This document shows, piece by piece, positions 37,401 through 51,000 of a stretch of DNA of 64,000 bases. The position numbers and the translations under genes were made by a program. The stretch covers positions 58,724 through 122,723 of the forward strand of contig NMRA01000114.1 of the NCBI GenBank assembly GCA_002633005.1, read 5' to 3'. The notes under the pieces were generated by a model, which worked only from the letters and a program-made list of their open reading frames with translations, was not told where the DNA came from and did no database searches. The first letter of the stretch is position 1. Every line of letters begins with the position of its first letter. Source of the DNA: Phoronis australis (lineage: Eukaryota; Animalia; Phoronida).

Positions 37401-40400
37401 TTAATCAATGAAACTTTACTATAATGATAAAAGAAATATCTGCGGCCAGAAATAGATTATTAACTGGTTCTGGTCTGCGTTTTCTTGAAAATTGATGGGG
37501 GCAATTTGATGTTTTTTGTTGCCCTTATTTTCATAAGTGGCAGTAACCTTATGCCAGCTGCAATGAATCGGGATCCTTCTTTTTACCCAACGCACCTGAC
37601 TTTTGAGGCGCAGGGTTTAAAATGACTTGGTCACAAACCAGAAACACCTCGACGCCAAATTTTTTCCTGAACAAAATAACAGAAATCAGATGCTGTCCAT
37701 ATTCACACTGAGGTGTCTGAATTTTTGCAAGACCCTTTGACTGCTCTGAAATTGAACTTGACACTGTGGCAGTCATAAGCATTATGTAAACAGTCTGCAT
37801 TCCTACTGACTCTCTCGCTACCTAAAAGCCACCGCTGACAGAGAGCTATCAGCTGAGCTGTTTGCCTCAAATGAACTATAACTGAGTACTAAGCTGACTG
37901 GTCACATCAAGGCGTAAACAATTGAATTTATTTACCTAAGAACTACTTCGTTCAGTTATTGTCATATTTTCGCACCTTGACATAAGGTGTCAGCTAAGCT
38001 ATCATTCCTTTGAGGACAGCGTAATTGGCTCATAGCCGATCTCCATCTGCGGTGGCCCTGAAATATCAGAATTATGTCCAAGATGTTATCTGCTGAGCTT
38101 TGAGCTGCTTGCTTTGCAATTGTTTGTGTGGTCATGAGCTGTTGCCTACTGAAATTGATGGTGGGAAATTTGTGTGAAGATGCGCTAGTCAGCTAGGCAT
38201 GGCATGGGATTCAAAGTAGTGTTAAGCCTTGAAATTCTTAACATTTTAGATAGTGGAACTAACTGCTACAGAACATTTTAGCATGTTGTACAGAACCTTT
38301 ATGTCTAGCGAAATGCATTCTCTGCTGCTCATTTTGTCCGTATAGAGAAGTCAAGACTGTTTTTCTTTCTTTTTATCCAAAAAGCTAAGCGGGCCAATCA
38401 CCACTTCAAAAATTGATGATAAGAAAATTTAGAAAATTTATGAGTCATGATATGCTTCAAAAATCAAGCTGGTTTTCAAAATTTTACCTCTACAATTCAA
38501 TTCCAGGTTACTTCTCTCAATACTAATTAATTTTGAAATTGATGCCCTCGAGACAATTCTTTTTACTCCAGTTTGATTAATAACTTAATTAATTATTTGT
38601 TTATTTCACATTATTTAAAGTGACGATCATGCAGATTTGCTATTTGTCACATTTCATGTACGATGCATGATCTCAAGCAATATTGAACTGTCAATTAAAT
38701 CTTTCTAATCATCTGAGTTAGGAGTAATGAGAAACCAGTTCTTCAACAATTCATTGTGGCAGCTTTGATTAAAACAAGTTAGAGATTGGGCAACTCTCAG
38801 TCTCTACAGAAGATCAAGCACAGTTCATTGATTGTTCAAAAGCCATGCCCTGCCTCTGACCTTGTGTGATCTCCACGCTCAAACCGCACCAGGTGGCAAT
38901 GTTGAATGACCATACAGACTGCGGCTGCGGTTGTGATAGTTTAGGCGCACTCTCAGAGTACTAAGATATATATGTCATTATACATTCTACAGCTTTAGAG
39001 TAACACATAGATCTGCCCTGAAAGTGTGGCATTTCTCCATCTCCGTGTACATTATTCTATATATCCTCTATGTGTGTTGGTCTATGTGTCACTTTATAGT
39101 ATGTACACTACAACATTGTGTGTTGCTGTGTCATCATGTACAGACACACTGCTGTGGTGTTGATATGATTGTACACATGATACCAAGTATCTTTCAGACA
39201 TGTTCAGTTTACTGTGCAGTAATGACTGTGTGTCCAAAAAGAGGCCAGGTGGGGTCTTTTGGAAAGTACTTGAATTACCATTGGCAGTGCCCCCATGCAG
39301 CCATAAGATTCTAAGGTCATATTGTAATTGTAGGTGGGAAGTTTCACTTTGTTAACAGCTTTGCAACTCAGTAAAAGAAGTACGACGACACATCCATTGA
39401 TAAATGATCAGCTTGACTAAGATTATCTTTCATGAAGAACATATTGATTTCTTATTCACATTCTGGCACTTTGTGGGCATACCAAGCATGCACATGCAAT
39501 GCTCCCAAAGGTGCCTAGATGTGAACCAAAGCCTGTTGGTCGAGTCTTTTGGAAGCCCCAGTATACATGTAGCAATTAAATTTTATTCAGCATAGGACGC
39601 CTAGTGAATTCAGTTTGTAAAATTTACCAAAGAAGTTCTATGCTAACTTCAAAATGAACATGGTTGTGGTTGCTGAACACAGTTGGTTACATTGTTGGTA
39701 TCTGCGACAATATTGTCGATCCTGAAAATATCGAAACACTGTGAATTGGTAATTTTAGTACTGTGTTTGACATTCATTTAAATTGGACAACCTCTACTTT
39801 ACTCTCATCATATGTCTGTACACATAGTATTACCTTCTTGTACCAGTCATGTCTTCTTGCTTCCTTCAGCTTAGTGCCCGCGCCAAGCTTGGTTCCAAGG
39901 CAACCAAACTACTGAAGAAAGGCAAGCCCGTCGATGACCAGATTGTCATTGATATTATGGTGGAAGCCATCAGGTAATTAAGCGTGATGCTAAATGCAAT
40001 CATTGAAAGCCATCAGTTACAGGAATCTATGGAGGTCATCTGGTAAATACACTCCAGTAATGTGTGGAAGGTAAATTCAGTACAACTTATGCACTAGGCA
40101 ATCGGACAATACAACCAGTCATGGAAATATTCAGGTAATACATAAAAAGTAATCTACACAGGACATCATGAAAATACATTAAAGCAATCTATGTAGAGGC
40201 CATCTGGTTAATACAAGATGGACTACAATCTGTGGAGGTCATCAGGTAAATTCAATGCAGGTGTCTTATGCAGACTATCAGGATACAATACAGCAACTGA
40301 TGCAGGCCATCAGAAAAATACAACTGCAGTGCAATCCATGGAAGTAGTAAATTAATATAAATCAGTAATATGCGGAAGCCATCGAGTAAATGCAGTAATA

Positions 40401-43400
40401 TGGAGGCTGTCATGTAAAAGTTCTTAAAATATGGATTCTCACAATACTCACATACAGTGGGAGATAAAATTTGATTTTAATCTTAAGATGGTGGCTTCTA
40501 ATTCCATTCAATCACACCGAATGACCCTACTGAGTTGAGTTCTTAGCGCTGTGCAACATGCATTCAATTGCATTAAATGTGGATGCAGTTGATATTCATA
40601 GTCATACACAGTGCATGTTGCTTTTGATGCATGTCCGTTGCATTATGCGATGTTGAGTAATTATAATAGATTTTATGTTTAGTCTCAACCAGCAACAATG
40701 TACCCCATTCTTTCTTGGACCTCTCTGACAGTAAAGATTAAGTGTTGTAATGCTTTTAAGCCTTAAAAGGCATTTCATATACTATAACTTACCTTCACAA
40801 ATTATTTCAGATGTCTCCCAGAGGGTACTGGGTGGGTAATGGATGGCTACCCTACCACGTACGCACAGGCCAAGATGCTGGAGAAGGCATTGAGTGGCCT
40901 TGATCTTGAGAGGCAAGAGGCAGTGAAGGCCCCGCGTGACTCCAAAGGTCGCATGAGGAAATCGCAGTTGGCCCCTGACCCACGTCCATCATCTGAGAAG
41001 GTGGAAAACAAGTCTGGTATTGATGTGGTCATTCTATTCGACATCCCTGATGAGATTTGTCTGAAGAGGTCAGCTGGTAGGACAAGTAAGCATGGACTTT
41101 GTTTTCACTTATTGGATATTGCTAAAGCTAGCATTATTAAGTTGTCTTTTAACAATTTAGTTCTTAAATAGTAGTGGTGGGGTCAATTTCAGATCATCTT
41201 CATCTTATTGTAAAGGAAGACACACCAAAAATGATCACAAAAGGAGACTTGAAATTTGCCACCATGATTACTGTATGCAGGCGGATTGTCAAGTCTTGGT
41301 AGCTGAAATAATGACTCATGATGTGTTCTCAGCCATCATGGCAGCTATTAACCACAGTGATGAAGAAACAAAATTTTGTCTGATTACTTCAGGCATGTAA
41401 TGTAACCAAGGCAACTGCTCATAATTTGTCCCATCGTACCACACATTGAACGTCTTTCTCTTGCTTTCCAAGAACAAGTTCAAGCTGACCAGGAATACCA
41501 GCAAGAGTTCAATCCCCCACCAGATGGTGCTGCGACAGGTGTGAACAAGGTCGAGAAGGTCGTCGCCGTGGAAGACCCCGCCCATGACATGGAACAGGCC
41601 CAGCACCGTGTCACCGGCTTCCTGGATGCCTGGCCCAAACTGGAGAAGTGGTTCACACGGTTTGGCACCCTTCAGAAAGTAGATGCCTCTTTGCCGCCAG
41701 AAACAGTTTATCTGGAGACAGAAAAAGTATTGGAGGATACGTTGCAGAGGGTAGGTTATTATGGGGCGTTACAGCAGAGGTTTAGTCAGGAGAAGACGAT
41801 AGGCTATCTGATAGGGATTGTTTCACAATGGGAATATTTTTAACTCTTTAGCGTAAATGACTCACTCTAGATGTCTGAAGATTGTCTGCAAGATTATGTC
41901 TCAGTGATGGAGTGCTTACGTTTTTTGTTTCATGCTCAGAGAACAAATTACGTTATCTGGCCCAACTTTTTTAAAGGAGTGCTTCCTGCTTGTTTATCCT
42001 GACATGCAGTCATACACAGCTAGCTTGCCAGCCCAGTTCCCTGTTCGATGACCCGATTGTCTGGTCAAGTGCAAAATTGCTTATGGTCAAACATCTTAGT
42101 GTTCAATCTTCATGACGAGAATGATGAGAAGAGTCAGCCTAAGGTGTCTCATTTTAATCAGACTATTTGTAAACTATATTTTGTTTGATGTACCTTACAG
42201 CTGAAGGGCCCACCTGTGGAAGAAAGTATTACCATAGAAACTGAACCAGAGAAGCCTCCTGAACCCCCTGTTATAGAGGAGCCCCCACCTCCTCCTGAAC
42301 CACCCAAGGAAGAGGATAAACCATCCACGCCCAAGAAGCGCTCTAGATCAGGTATTTGGTTTATCCTCATTATGCGTTGCTTTTGAAAATGAAGGGGCAG
42401 TGTTCCCTGAGTAACTATGTCTAAATGGCTTCTTTGTCTGAGTGTTTTTGTAGTAAAATTTACATTTAGCAAATCTAAAATTAGCATCAACTGAGCCTTG
42501 AGTTTCGTGTATGTCAGTTAAAATTAGCTTCAAATTAAAAAAATCTTGTTCCACAGACTGTATCACCCTACCATTCCCTTTTCTCCTGAAAACCTTTTCT
42601 CATAATCATTTTCTTTTTATCCACAGAAACTGTATTGTGACACATTTCATTTCTCGTTAACAAAACTTCTTTACATACAGAGAGCATTGTATTCTCTTTG
42701 AGCAGTTGTTCAAAGTGCACTAATCTTGTATTATGCAGGATCAGGCAAGTCCAGATCTTCGTCGAAAGGCTCGGGTCGCGGAAAGTCTCCCAAAGGCAAA
42801 GAACGAGGAAAGTCACCAAAAGGAGGCGATAAAAGTCCAAGCCCTAAGAAGGACAGCAAGAAAGGAACTCCCAAATCTAGCCGAGGTGTGCAGAATTTAA
42901 ATGTTACTGTTCACTGAATGATTTGATCATTAATTTTACATTTTCTACCACACGCGTTTTTGTAGCACGTAATATGTTTTTTCACACAATAAGGGCTGCT
43001 GTTTTAGTCTGATTGGCACAAAGCAGTTGTTGTATAATGTTGTCAAAGTCTGTTAATTTTAGTTGGAACATGGCATAAAATTCCAAAACACATATAAATC
43101 AAAATGGAACATAACGAATTGAAAGTACATTTTAGATCATATTTTCTGACGAGTAAATGCAAGAAATTCCTAATCTTATACACCATAACCTAACAACATG
43201 TGAACATGCTGTATTACTGTGGTAATTATTAGTCTGGGTACTAAATTGTTGAATAAAATTTTTTTTTTTTGAAACACATAGCACATGTACTAAAAGTTAA
43301 CCGTTTCTCTGACGTAGCTTCTCCTGTTCATGTCAATTTCTATTTTAGGCCTACTCAAAGGTAAACTATAGTATGCATGCTTACCAAGCCAATACTGAGC

Positions 43401-44983
43401 AAGCTGATGATTTTTTGTTTCACTAAACATGGCAGCTTGTTTTTGTTATCTACTAATAATAGCTTGTGTTTTTAGTTCATTCTATTTATTTTGCCACTCA
43501 GTTTCCAACATTATGCGAACTTTGACCCTGATTATATGGAAGTTGGGTGAGCAGACGTTAAAGGCAGTGTGGTTACTGCATACTGTTCTACTCTGACATA
43601 TTGATTTGTCATAAATGTATTGTCTGTGTACCAGATAACTAGGCAGTAGCCGCTTTGTTGTCCGGTATTTTGAAGAACAGTTTGATGCCTGTTTTTCAGT
43701 GGGTTTAACTGGTTCTTAAGATTCAGGACCATTGTAAATGACTTAGCAGTTTGCGAATGCTAATTTCTAGATAGTTCAAATGAAGAGTAAATCAATTTCT
43801 AAAGATGGTAATGTTTCAAAGAAAACGATATCAAGTGACTGACTCCCATTGCGACTAAATCAAATTACCAAAAAACCATACCAGATAGTATTTTTTGTTA
43901 ACAAACCAGTCATCCTGTGTATATCGTGACAATGGTTGTATGGTCCCTCCCAGAAATGTGTTACATGGTCATTTCCAGCAAACTCTCCAAAGCGAGGACG
44001 CAGCCGTTCAGGGAAGAAGTCAAAGACTCCGGAGCCTGAGCCCGAGCCCGAACCTGAACCCCCGGGTACTCCACCTCCTGCCCCCGGCTCAGAACTCTGG
44101 GAGTATGTTGATGAGCCAATTGACCCTGTGAGTACTGGTGATTGTGTGTAATCTCCTGTTATGAGACTGCATGGTTGTCCAACACATTTTCATTTCACTA
44201 ATAATGAGGGTAGCAGTCAGGACAAATTTCTTTCATTTGGCAAATAGTTTTAGCTTGGATTTGATTTGAATTCGTAAATGTTTGTCAGCTTTTTTTGTAA
44301 AATGTTGCTTTCAATTCATTTACATAATTTTGACTTGATGACTCTTCCATCCAATTGAGATGGGTTGAGTGGTCTTAAAGAGGAAAAAAACAGAGAACCT
44401 GCTGTCTGTGATATATTGCTACTTGTTTGAAAGGGCAAGTCATACTCAATGCTACCTAACTTACTAAATGTGCAAAATCTAATTTGTTTGATGCAATATA
44501 TTCTAGATGCAGTTTTTTATGCTGCTTTTCTTGTTAAATTGGCTTGTCAGTCTGTTTATTGAAGCATTGTTATGGATTAGAAACCTTTATTAGATAATTT
44601 CATTTGATTCAGAAATGTATCAAGCAACTGAATTTTGCTTTCATTGTGGTATAATGATATAACCATGATCTCATCCCTGTCCCTTGATTCACCTACAAGT
44701 GACAGCCAAACAGCAAGTGTCCACTGTCAGCCAATTTTGTGATGACACATACCATGGTGGAAGCCAATCCCAATTTTGACCTTTCTCTCAAACTCTCAGT
44801 CACAGTGCATGCATTCTTCTGTCACAGGAGCTGGCTGAGATCCTTGCCCCCCACTGGGAGGCCGTGGAGAACACCTACGTGGATAGCAGCAAGGACATCT
44901 TCAGCAATGTTAGAGAGGAACGGGAAAACATCATACGATACTTTTTCAAAATCAGGTAGGCGTTGGGTTGGTCAGTTTTAATA

Positions 44984-45014
<31 letters not shown>

Positions 45015-48000
45015 GTGTGTGTGTGTGGGTGTGTGTGTGGGTGTGTGCATGGGTGTGTGGGTGTGTGAGTGTGTGTGTGTGCGTTTGTTGAAACCTTGGT
45101 TGCCTTAATTTCTAGTTACTGTTATGCACTGTGAAATAGGCCTGTGACCCACTTCATAATTAACAAATAAAGTTTTCATCAGCCATGCAGTTGTTAGCGT
45201 ATCACTGCTTGGAAGTAATTTGTACACTCTGTCATCACTCAGTTATGGGTGTATCTCATATAATTTGTTCTTTTTCTAAAAGGGTGATTTGATTATTTAT
45301 AAGAAATAGTTGGACTTTAAGTCCAAATTGCTGTCTTAGGTCTTAATTCACTTTTCATGAAATTGACCTCAACTTTGTCTCGAAGTTGAGTGGATGTATT
45401 ATCAATCATGCCTGGGTACAGCATGGCATTGCCCTACTCATAATCAGAGCAACATCCGATGTAGAATGAAAATAGCCAGCTAACTACCATTGGCGATAAT
45501 TTCCTTACTGTGGGCCCTGGGTTCCTCAAACACTCATTTCCAGTGAGCTCATCAGCTGATACTGCTCAAAATTAATTAATTAACATGTACTTTGAAGTGA
45601 TTTAAGTAGTTGTTTCAAACTATGTTGCTTGATTGAAATTTGTTTTAATTAAGAATCCTTTGGTTACAACATTCTGGAACAAAGTTTAATCGGAAATATC
45701 AGTTGTTTTTTGTATAAAGTTAAGCCTTTTAAAATTGACATACAAGGTCAGAGAAAGCAGTTGTTTGTGAACCGTGCTCTTAGTCATACAACTGTTCCAG
45801 GTGGACTGTAACTAAACACAGCCTATCAAGGAGTTTATGGTCCTTGCTCCGCAGCTATTAATTGTTTATTACCTATGGTTTCTAATAGCTGAACTCGGAG
45901 TGGGTGCCTATGAGTGAGGTGTTGTAATTCCAGTGACACTGATAAATCGAAATATTTTTCTGTCATACTGTTGTCATATGCCTGTATTATGATGACAGAG
46001 GTCAAATGAAGTGGTCGCCATCATAGCAGCTGTTGGTTATGACCAGGGAAAGTTACAAGGCATGAAATTATCACAAGAAGAGATTACAGTTACGGTCTAG
46101 ACTTATGCTGAACCATCACATGTCTGTATCTCTTCAACTTGATCATTATCTGTCATGACAGAAAACATTGTTATTTAATTTGCCTTTTTTGGTGTGTACT
46201 ATTAGCTGCTGACATCTTTAGCTAACTCACGAGTTATGTAATTTACTAATTCCAGGAAAGATTACCTAGCCTACTTACGTCGACCAGACACCAAGCAAGA
46301 GTTCGTCTCACAATGGCAAAAGGTGAATGTCTTTAACTTTGGAGCAAATATTGTGTCTGCTCGTAAGAAACAATGTGACAAAAATACTATGGCATCTGAC
46401 TTTCTTAATGTACACAAGACTGGTTGGAAACATGAGAAAATAGTTCAAGTGGTCTGATACATGCTGCATTAGATGTCCGCAGGCTGCTCACCCAGGAATT
46501 TTGCATCAAACACTTGAAGCCATTTTTTATTTATTCAAATTTTTTATATACACTATAAAAAATTCACATATATAACGCCATAGCTGAGGAGCTAGAGACT
46601 TGACTCAAGGTTTAGCAGTTGCATGTTATTTTGATGGCTGTGTATTCTCAGTAAAGACATTTTGTGTTTTCTGTAAAAAAGCATCTTCAGAGAAGTGAAA
46701 TGGCCGGACTTGAAAATGTTAAATGTAAAATATGATGCTCTCTACCCTCACTGCTCTGAGATAGGCAGGTAGATGGATCAACAAGTGCTCATTTTTGTTA
46801 TAAAAATATTGTGTTCTGATTTTCTCTAGATTGCATGTAAAATTTTGAGTCTCGTTTTAATTTTACATTCAGATTCACATAGTGAAACAAGCTTTAATTT
46901 GATTTATGCCTAAATTAAATGCTGTCTTCGTTTTCTTCCTTTGATATAGCCTAATAATGCAAAGTATATTATTCCTCACTACATTGCACAACTACAGTGA
47001 ATTTGCAAGGCAGTATTAAGGCAGTAGATTCTGTATAGCCAGTCAGCTTCACAAATAATTTTGTGAAGACAATAACTACCCTCAGCTTAGAATATAGAAT
47101 ATAACGTGTTTCATTCCACATCAAAGGTCTACAATCTTCTTCTTTTTTATTTCTGACAGAGTTACAACGAGATTGCCGATGACATGCGCGAGGACGCAGA
47201 GACTCAGTCGGAGCTGCACCAGCGTATTGATGACTTGCGTGAACGGCTGTGGACGGTGTGCGATGATCGGAAGGAGCAGGCAGAGAAAGAGAGGTCGGAT
47301 ATTATGAACGACGGGTGGCTGGAGGATAGAATGGGGGTGCTGTCTAACCATTACATAACGCTAATGCAGGTATGATTTTTTGTTCATCCCACGGATAGCA
47401 GTCTGAAGCACTGCAAGTAACAGGGTACAGTGCTGCCGTCTACAGCTGTATTGATATGGGTTATTTGGAACCCAGTGTTCAACTGACTTGATACAAAAAT
47501 TACTTACTGTTCAGTTACAGGTCCCGGATTTTGAGAACTAGTTTGATGCCTGTTATTCGGTGGAGAAAAATGGTTCTCAAAATTCCAAGCCCACTAAGTG
47601 ACTGTAAATGCAGCAGCTGCAAACGTTAGACAAATGAATATTATTAAAGCTTGGCCAGTATTACTCATTAATTTTTTTTTTCTATCTTGTTCAAGGTTAA
47701 AGCCATGATAGCAGACATTTTTATCTTAATACTAATTAGTGTGTACCATGGGAGCAATCTTGTCAGATGCAAACAGGACATGGGATATGTTATTTTGATC
47801 TCTATTTGCCTTGCTTGAGCTTACTGGCCAGCATTCTTATTCAAACTTGCAATGGTTAGCAAGAGGAAACAGGTTTTCCAAGCTTGCAAGTCAGTGTTGA
47901 AAAGGTGACTGGCCCAGCATGCTTTTTCAAGGTTCCCTTATAAGCTTGCTTTGTCTTGCTGTTTTTTTTTTCAAGATTACTGAGGACTGATTAGTAACAA

Positions 48001-51000
48001 AGCCAGGAAATTCAAAGTTGAGGAAAAATTGAAATAAGGTGCCGACGCAACTTTAAGATTGATCAAGCTTCATCTAACAAAACATAATTATTATTAATTT
48101 AAAGTAATTGACACACAAGCACATGGGAGTTGTTTTATCTTGCAATTACTAGAAAGCTGTTTCATTGTTTTCTTGTTTTCTTTATTGATATTTCTTTCTC
48201 TGTCTTGAATTAATGTTAAGCTACTGTCAAACAATGTTTAAGAAACATTTTGTTTGTGACTACAGGCAAAAAGTACAGTCAGGAGATTTGGATTTTATTT
48301 TGACTTGTTAACCTCTGCCTTGTGTGAAAAAATGGCTTTTGCTTTTGACCACTTATAAGTCTCATCTTGTTCCTTACTAAGATTAAGACTGATTTCTTGT
48401 CTTGATATGAACGAAGATTATTGTTATTAGGTTGCGTGTCATGCTGGGGACGTTTCTGTCACCCGAAGGCAGTACCACTCCCCCCAACATCCCCTCCCCC
48501 GCCTGTTGAATTCTAGGTGATTTTTAAATGTAATCAATTTGAATCCAAACAAAGAATGCGGGTGTTATAATGTTTTGAAGGCTGAATGTGGTTTGCAATA
48601 TCTTTAGATTGCACTGTTTACACCCTTACTAGGCTGAGACAGACAGGTTCCAAGACACAGTGAGGTTGTTGAAGGATTATTACAAAGGAATGGAAGGTCA
48701 CATACCTGATGAACTGGTTGAGGACTATGCCAGAATAGCACTGATAGATGTAAGTGGCAAAAGGGGGCAGGTCTTTTTTAATGTAAACCTTGCATTGCTA
48801 GTAATGTGATACCAGAATAGCACTGATAGATGTAAGTGACAAAAGGGGGCAGGTCTTTTTTAATGAAAACCTTGCATTGCTAGTAATGTGATACCAACTT
48901 ACACATAACGGAATGCATAACTATAATTATACAAGGAAGTCAGTTGATAGATTTTCTGTTTCAGAGTTAATTTTTGTTGAGAGTAGACAACAGGTGTAAT
49001 TTACATTTTACTATGTTGGATCAATAAGTTGATATCAATAAAAATCATTATATTCATAGCATTGCTCTTTGTATTTTGTAAATTTCCCTTGTAAGCTGGT
49101 TTATTGATTAATAAGCAGGTTACCAATGGTCTGAGCTGAATCAAGCTTCATATTACACTGGGTTTGCAAAATTTAGTTTAAAAAAATAAATGAAAAACAA
49201 CTGTGTTGCATGACATTGCTCTTTTGCAATGACTTTCGAATCAGCTATACATTGGGACGTTCGTTTAGGCTAGTCATTTGTATGATGCTGGCTGCTGATT
49301 TTCTTGGTTTAGGCAACAGAAAGTAGTGAGAATTGGAGGTGTTTGTGTACCATCTCTGGCAATTCAACTCTCATAGTTGTTGTCCAGTCACTTCTCATAA
49401 CTGGTAATGAGTTTTTGTAAATATGGTCATACCAGCCTCAAATTAGTAAGACCTGACACTACTCTATTCTTGTTACACAATACTAGTCTGACTTTTAGAT
49501 TTTGAATGCATCTCAGTGTCCACAATTCTATAATCAGCTTGAGACAACTGCTTTGACTCACTGTTGAATGCCATGTTACCGTACACTTCACATTTTTTTG
49601 ATTGATCAGAATTTATTGACATTTTGATATGAATCCATATCTCTATTATTTGTTATGATATGATAAGAATTCAATGGCTGGTGTAACTTTTCATGCAAGA
49701 TTTATCATGAATTAACTTGAAGATAATTTAGGATGATTTCTTATCACTATGCAATGGATTCATATCGACCAACATGGGGATGTATATGTTCTTGTATCCA
49801 ACTTGACTCAATCTCCTTTCCGTCACAGCTGCCCCCTACTGAGCGACCTGGGTCTCCAGCCAAGAGTGTAGCGAGTGAGTCCACCAGTACTATTCAACAA
49901 AAGGAGGAGCCACTCACACCTGTTCCCCCCAAGGAGGTCAAGTCGAAGTCTAGCACACCATCTGGCAAGAGGAAACGTAAAGGTTCTGGCAAGAAAGATT
50001 CAGATAGTGCCCCTCCCACGCCACCACCAGCCCCCGCAGATGGAGAGGAAGAGAAGAAAAAGTGTGTAATATTTTGAGAAGGGTGTTGTTGGTAAAGGGG
50101 CAGTGACTGGCAACCTGGGTGTGCATTTGTGACCAGGCATCAAAGGCTAAAACTGAGGGTCAAAACAAGGCTGAGTGCAAGTTTGAGGCAATGATTGTTT
50201 TAAATTACATCTCCAGTCAATGAAGTCCACTTCAGACATGGAAGACTTGGAGATTGAATTTTAATTTCTTTGAACACCATTACGCAGACCTGATACAATC
50301 CAAGTCTCATTTTTAAAATACATGGATTGCATCTCCTCTATCACAGTCCCACTAGTTATTCACCGAGGGTGCTTACACATTTTCTTGTTGTTAATATCTA
50401 TGGGTATCCAACATTATTCTGAGATTTTCTTTACCAAGGATTCCTCTTGTGCCGCGGCGACCAGGCTCTGCTGATATGACCACGCAAGCGGCACCGCCTC
50501 CTGGTGGCAAAGATAAGAAGGCTGACAAAAAGGGAGACAAGAAGAAGGGAGCCCCTCCCCCTCAAGAGGAGAAGGTGGAGAGCCCGCTGCCCCCTATGGA
50601 CCCCGATGACAAGCTATTGCATGATGCATATGTCAGTGGATGCAATTTCTGTGCAAACATTGTAAGTATTGATTGGCTGTCATGCAGGTGTACTTGTGCT
50701 GCTGATGGATTGGGGTTGGGTTGGGAATTATGGGTGGAGCTTGGAAATTTCCTGGAAAACGTCACCTTGATTAAACCCCCTATGAAAGGATTCATTCAAG
50801 CTTTTCTTAAAGGTATTGTGTGTTACCACATACTGACTAGAGAAAGGCTTTGTGTAAGTAGTGATTCATGGTTATCGCTTCAGCTAAGTTTTAAGGATGA
50901 GCTGCAGCTATATGAGTGATAGCTCTTCAAAAATTAAATATTTTTCTTTAATTTATTCGTCCATTATGAGACAAATCTAAGTACAATCTGTTCTCAGGTT

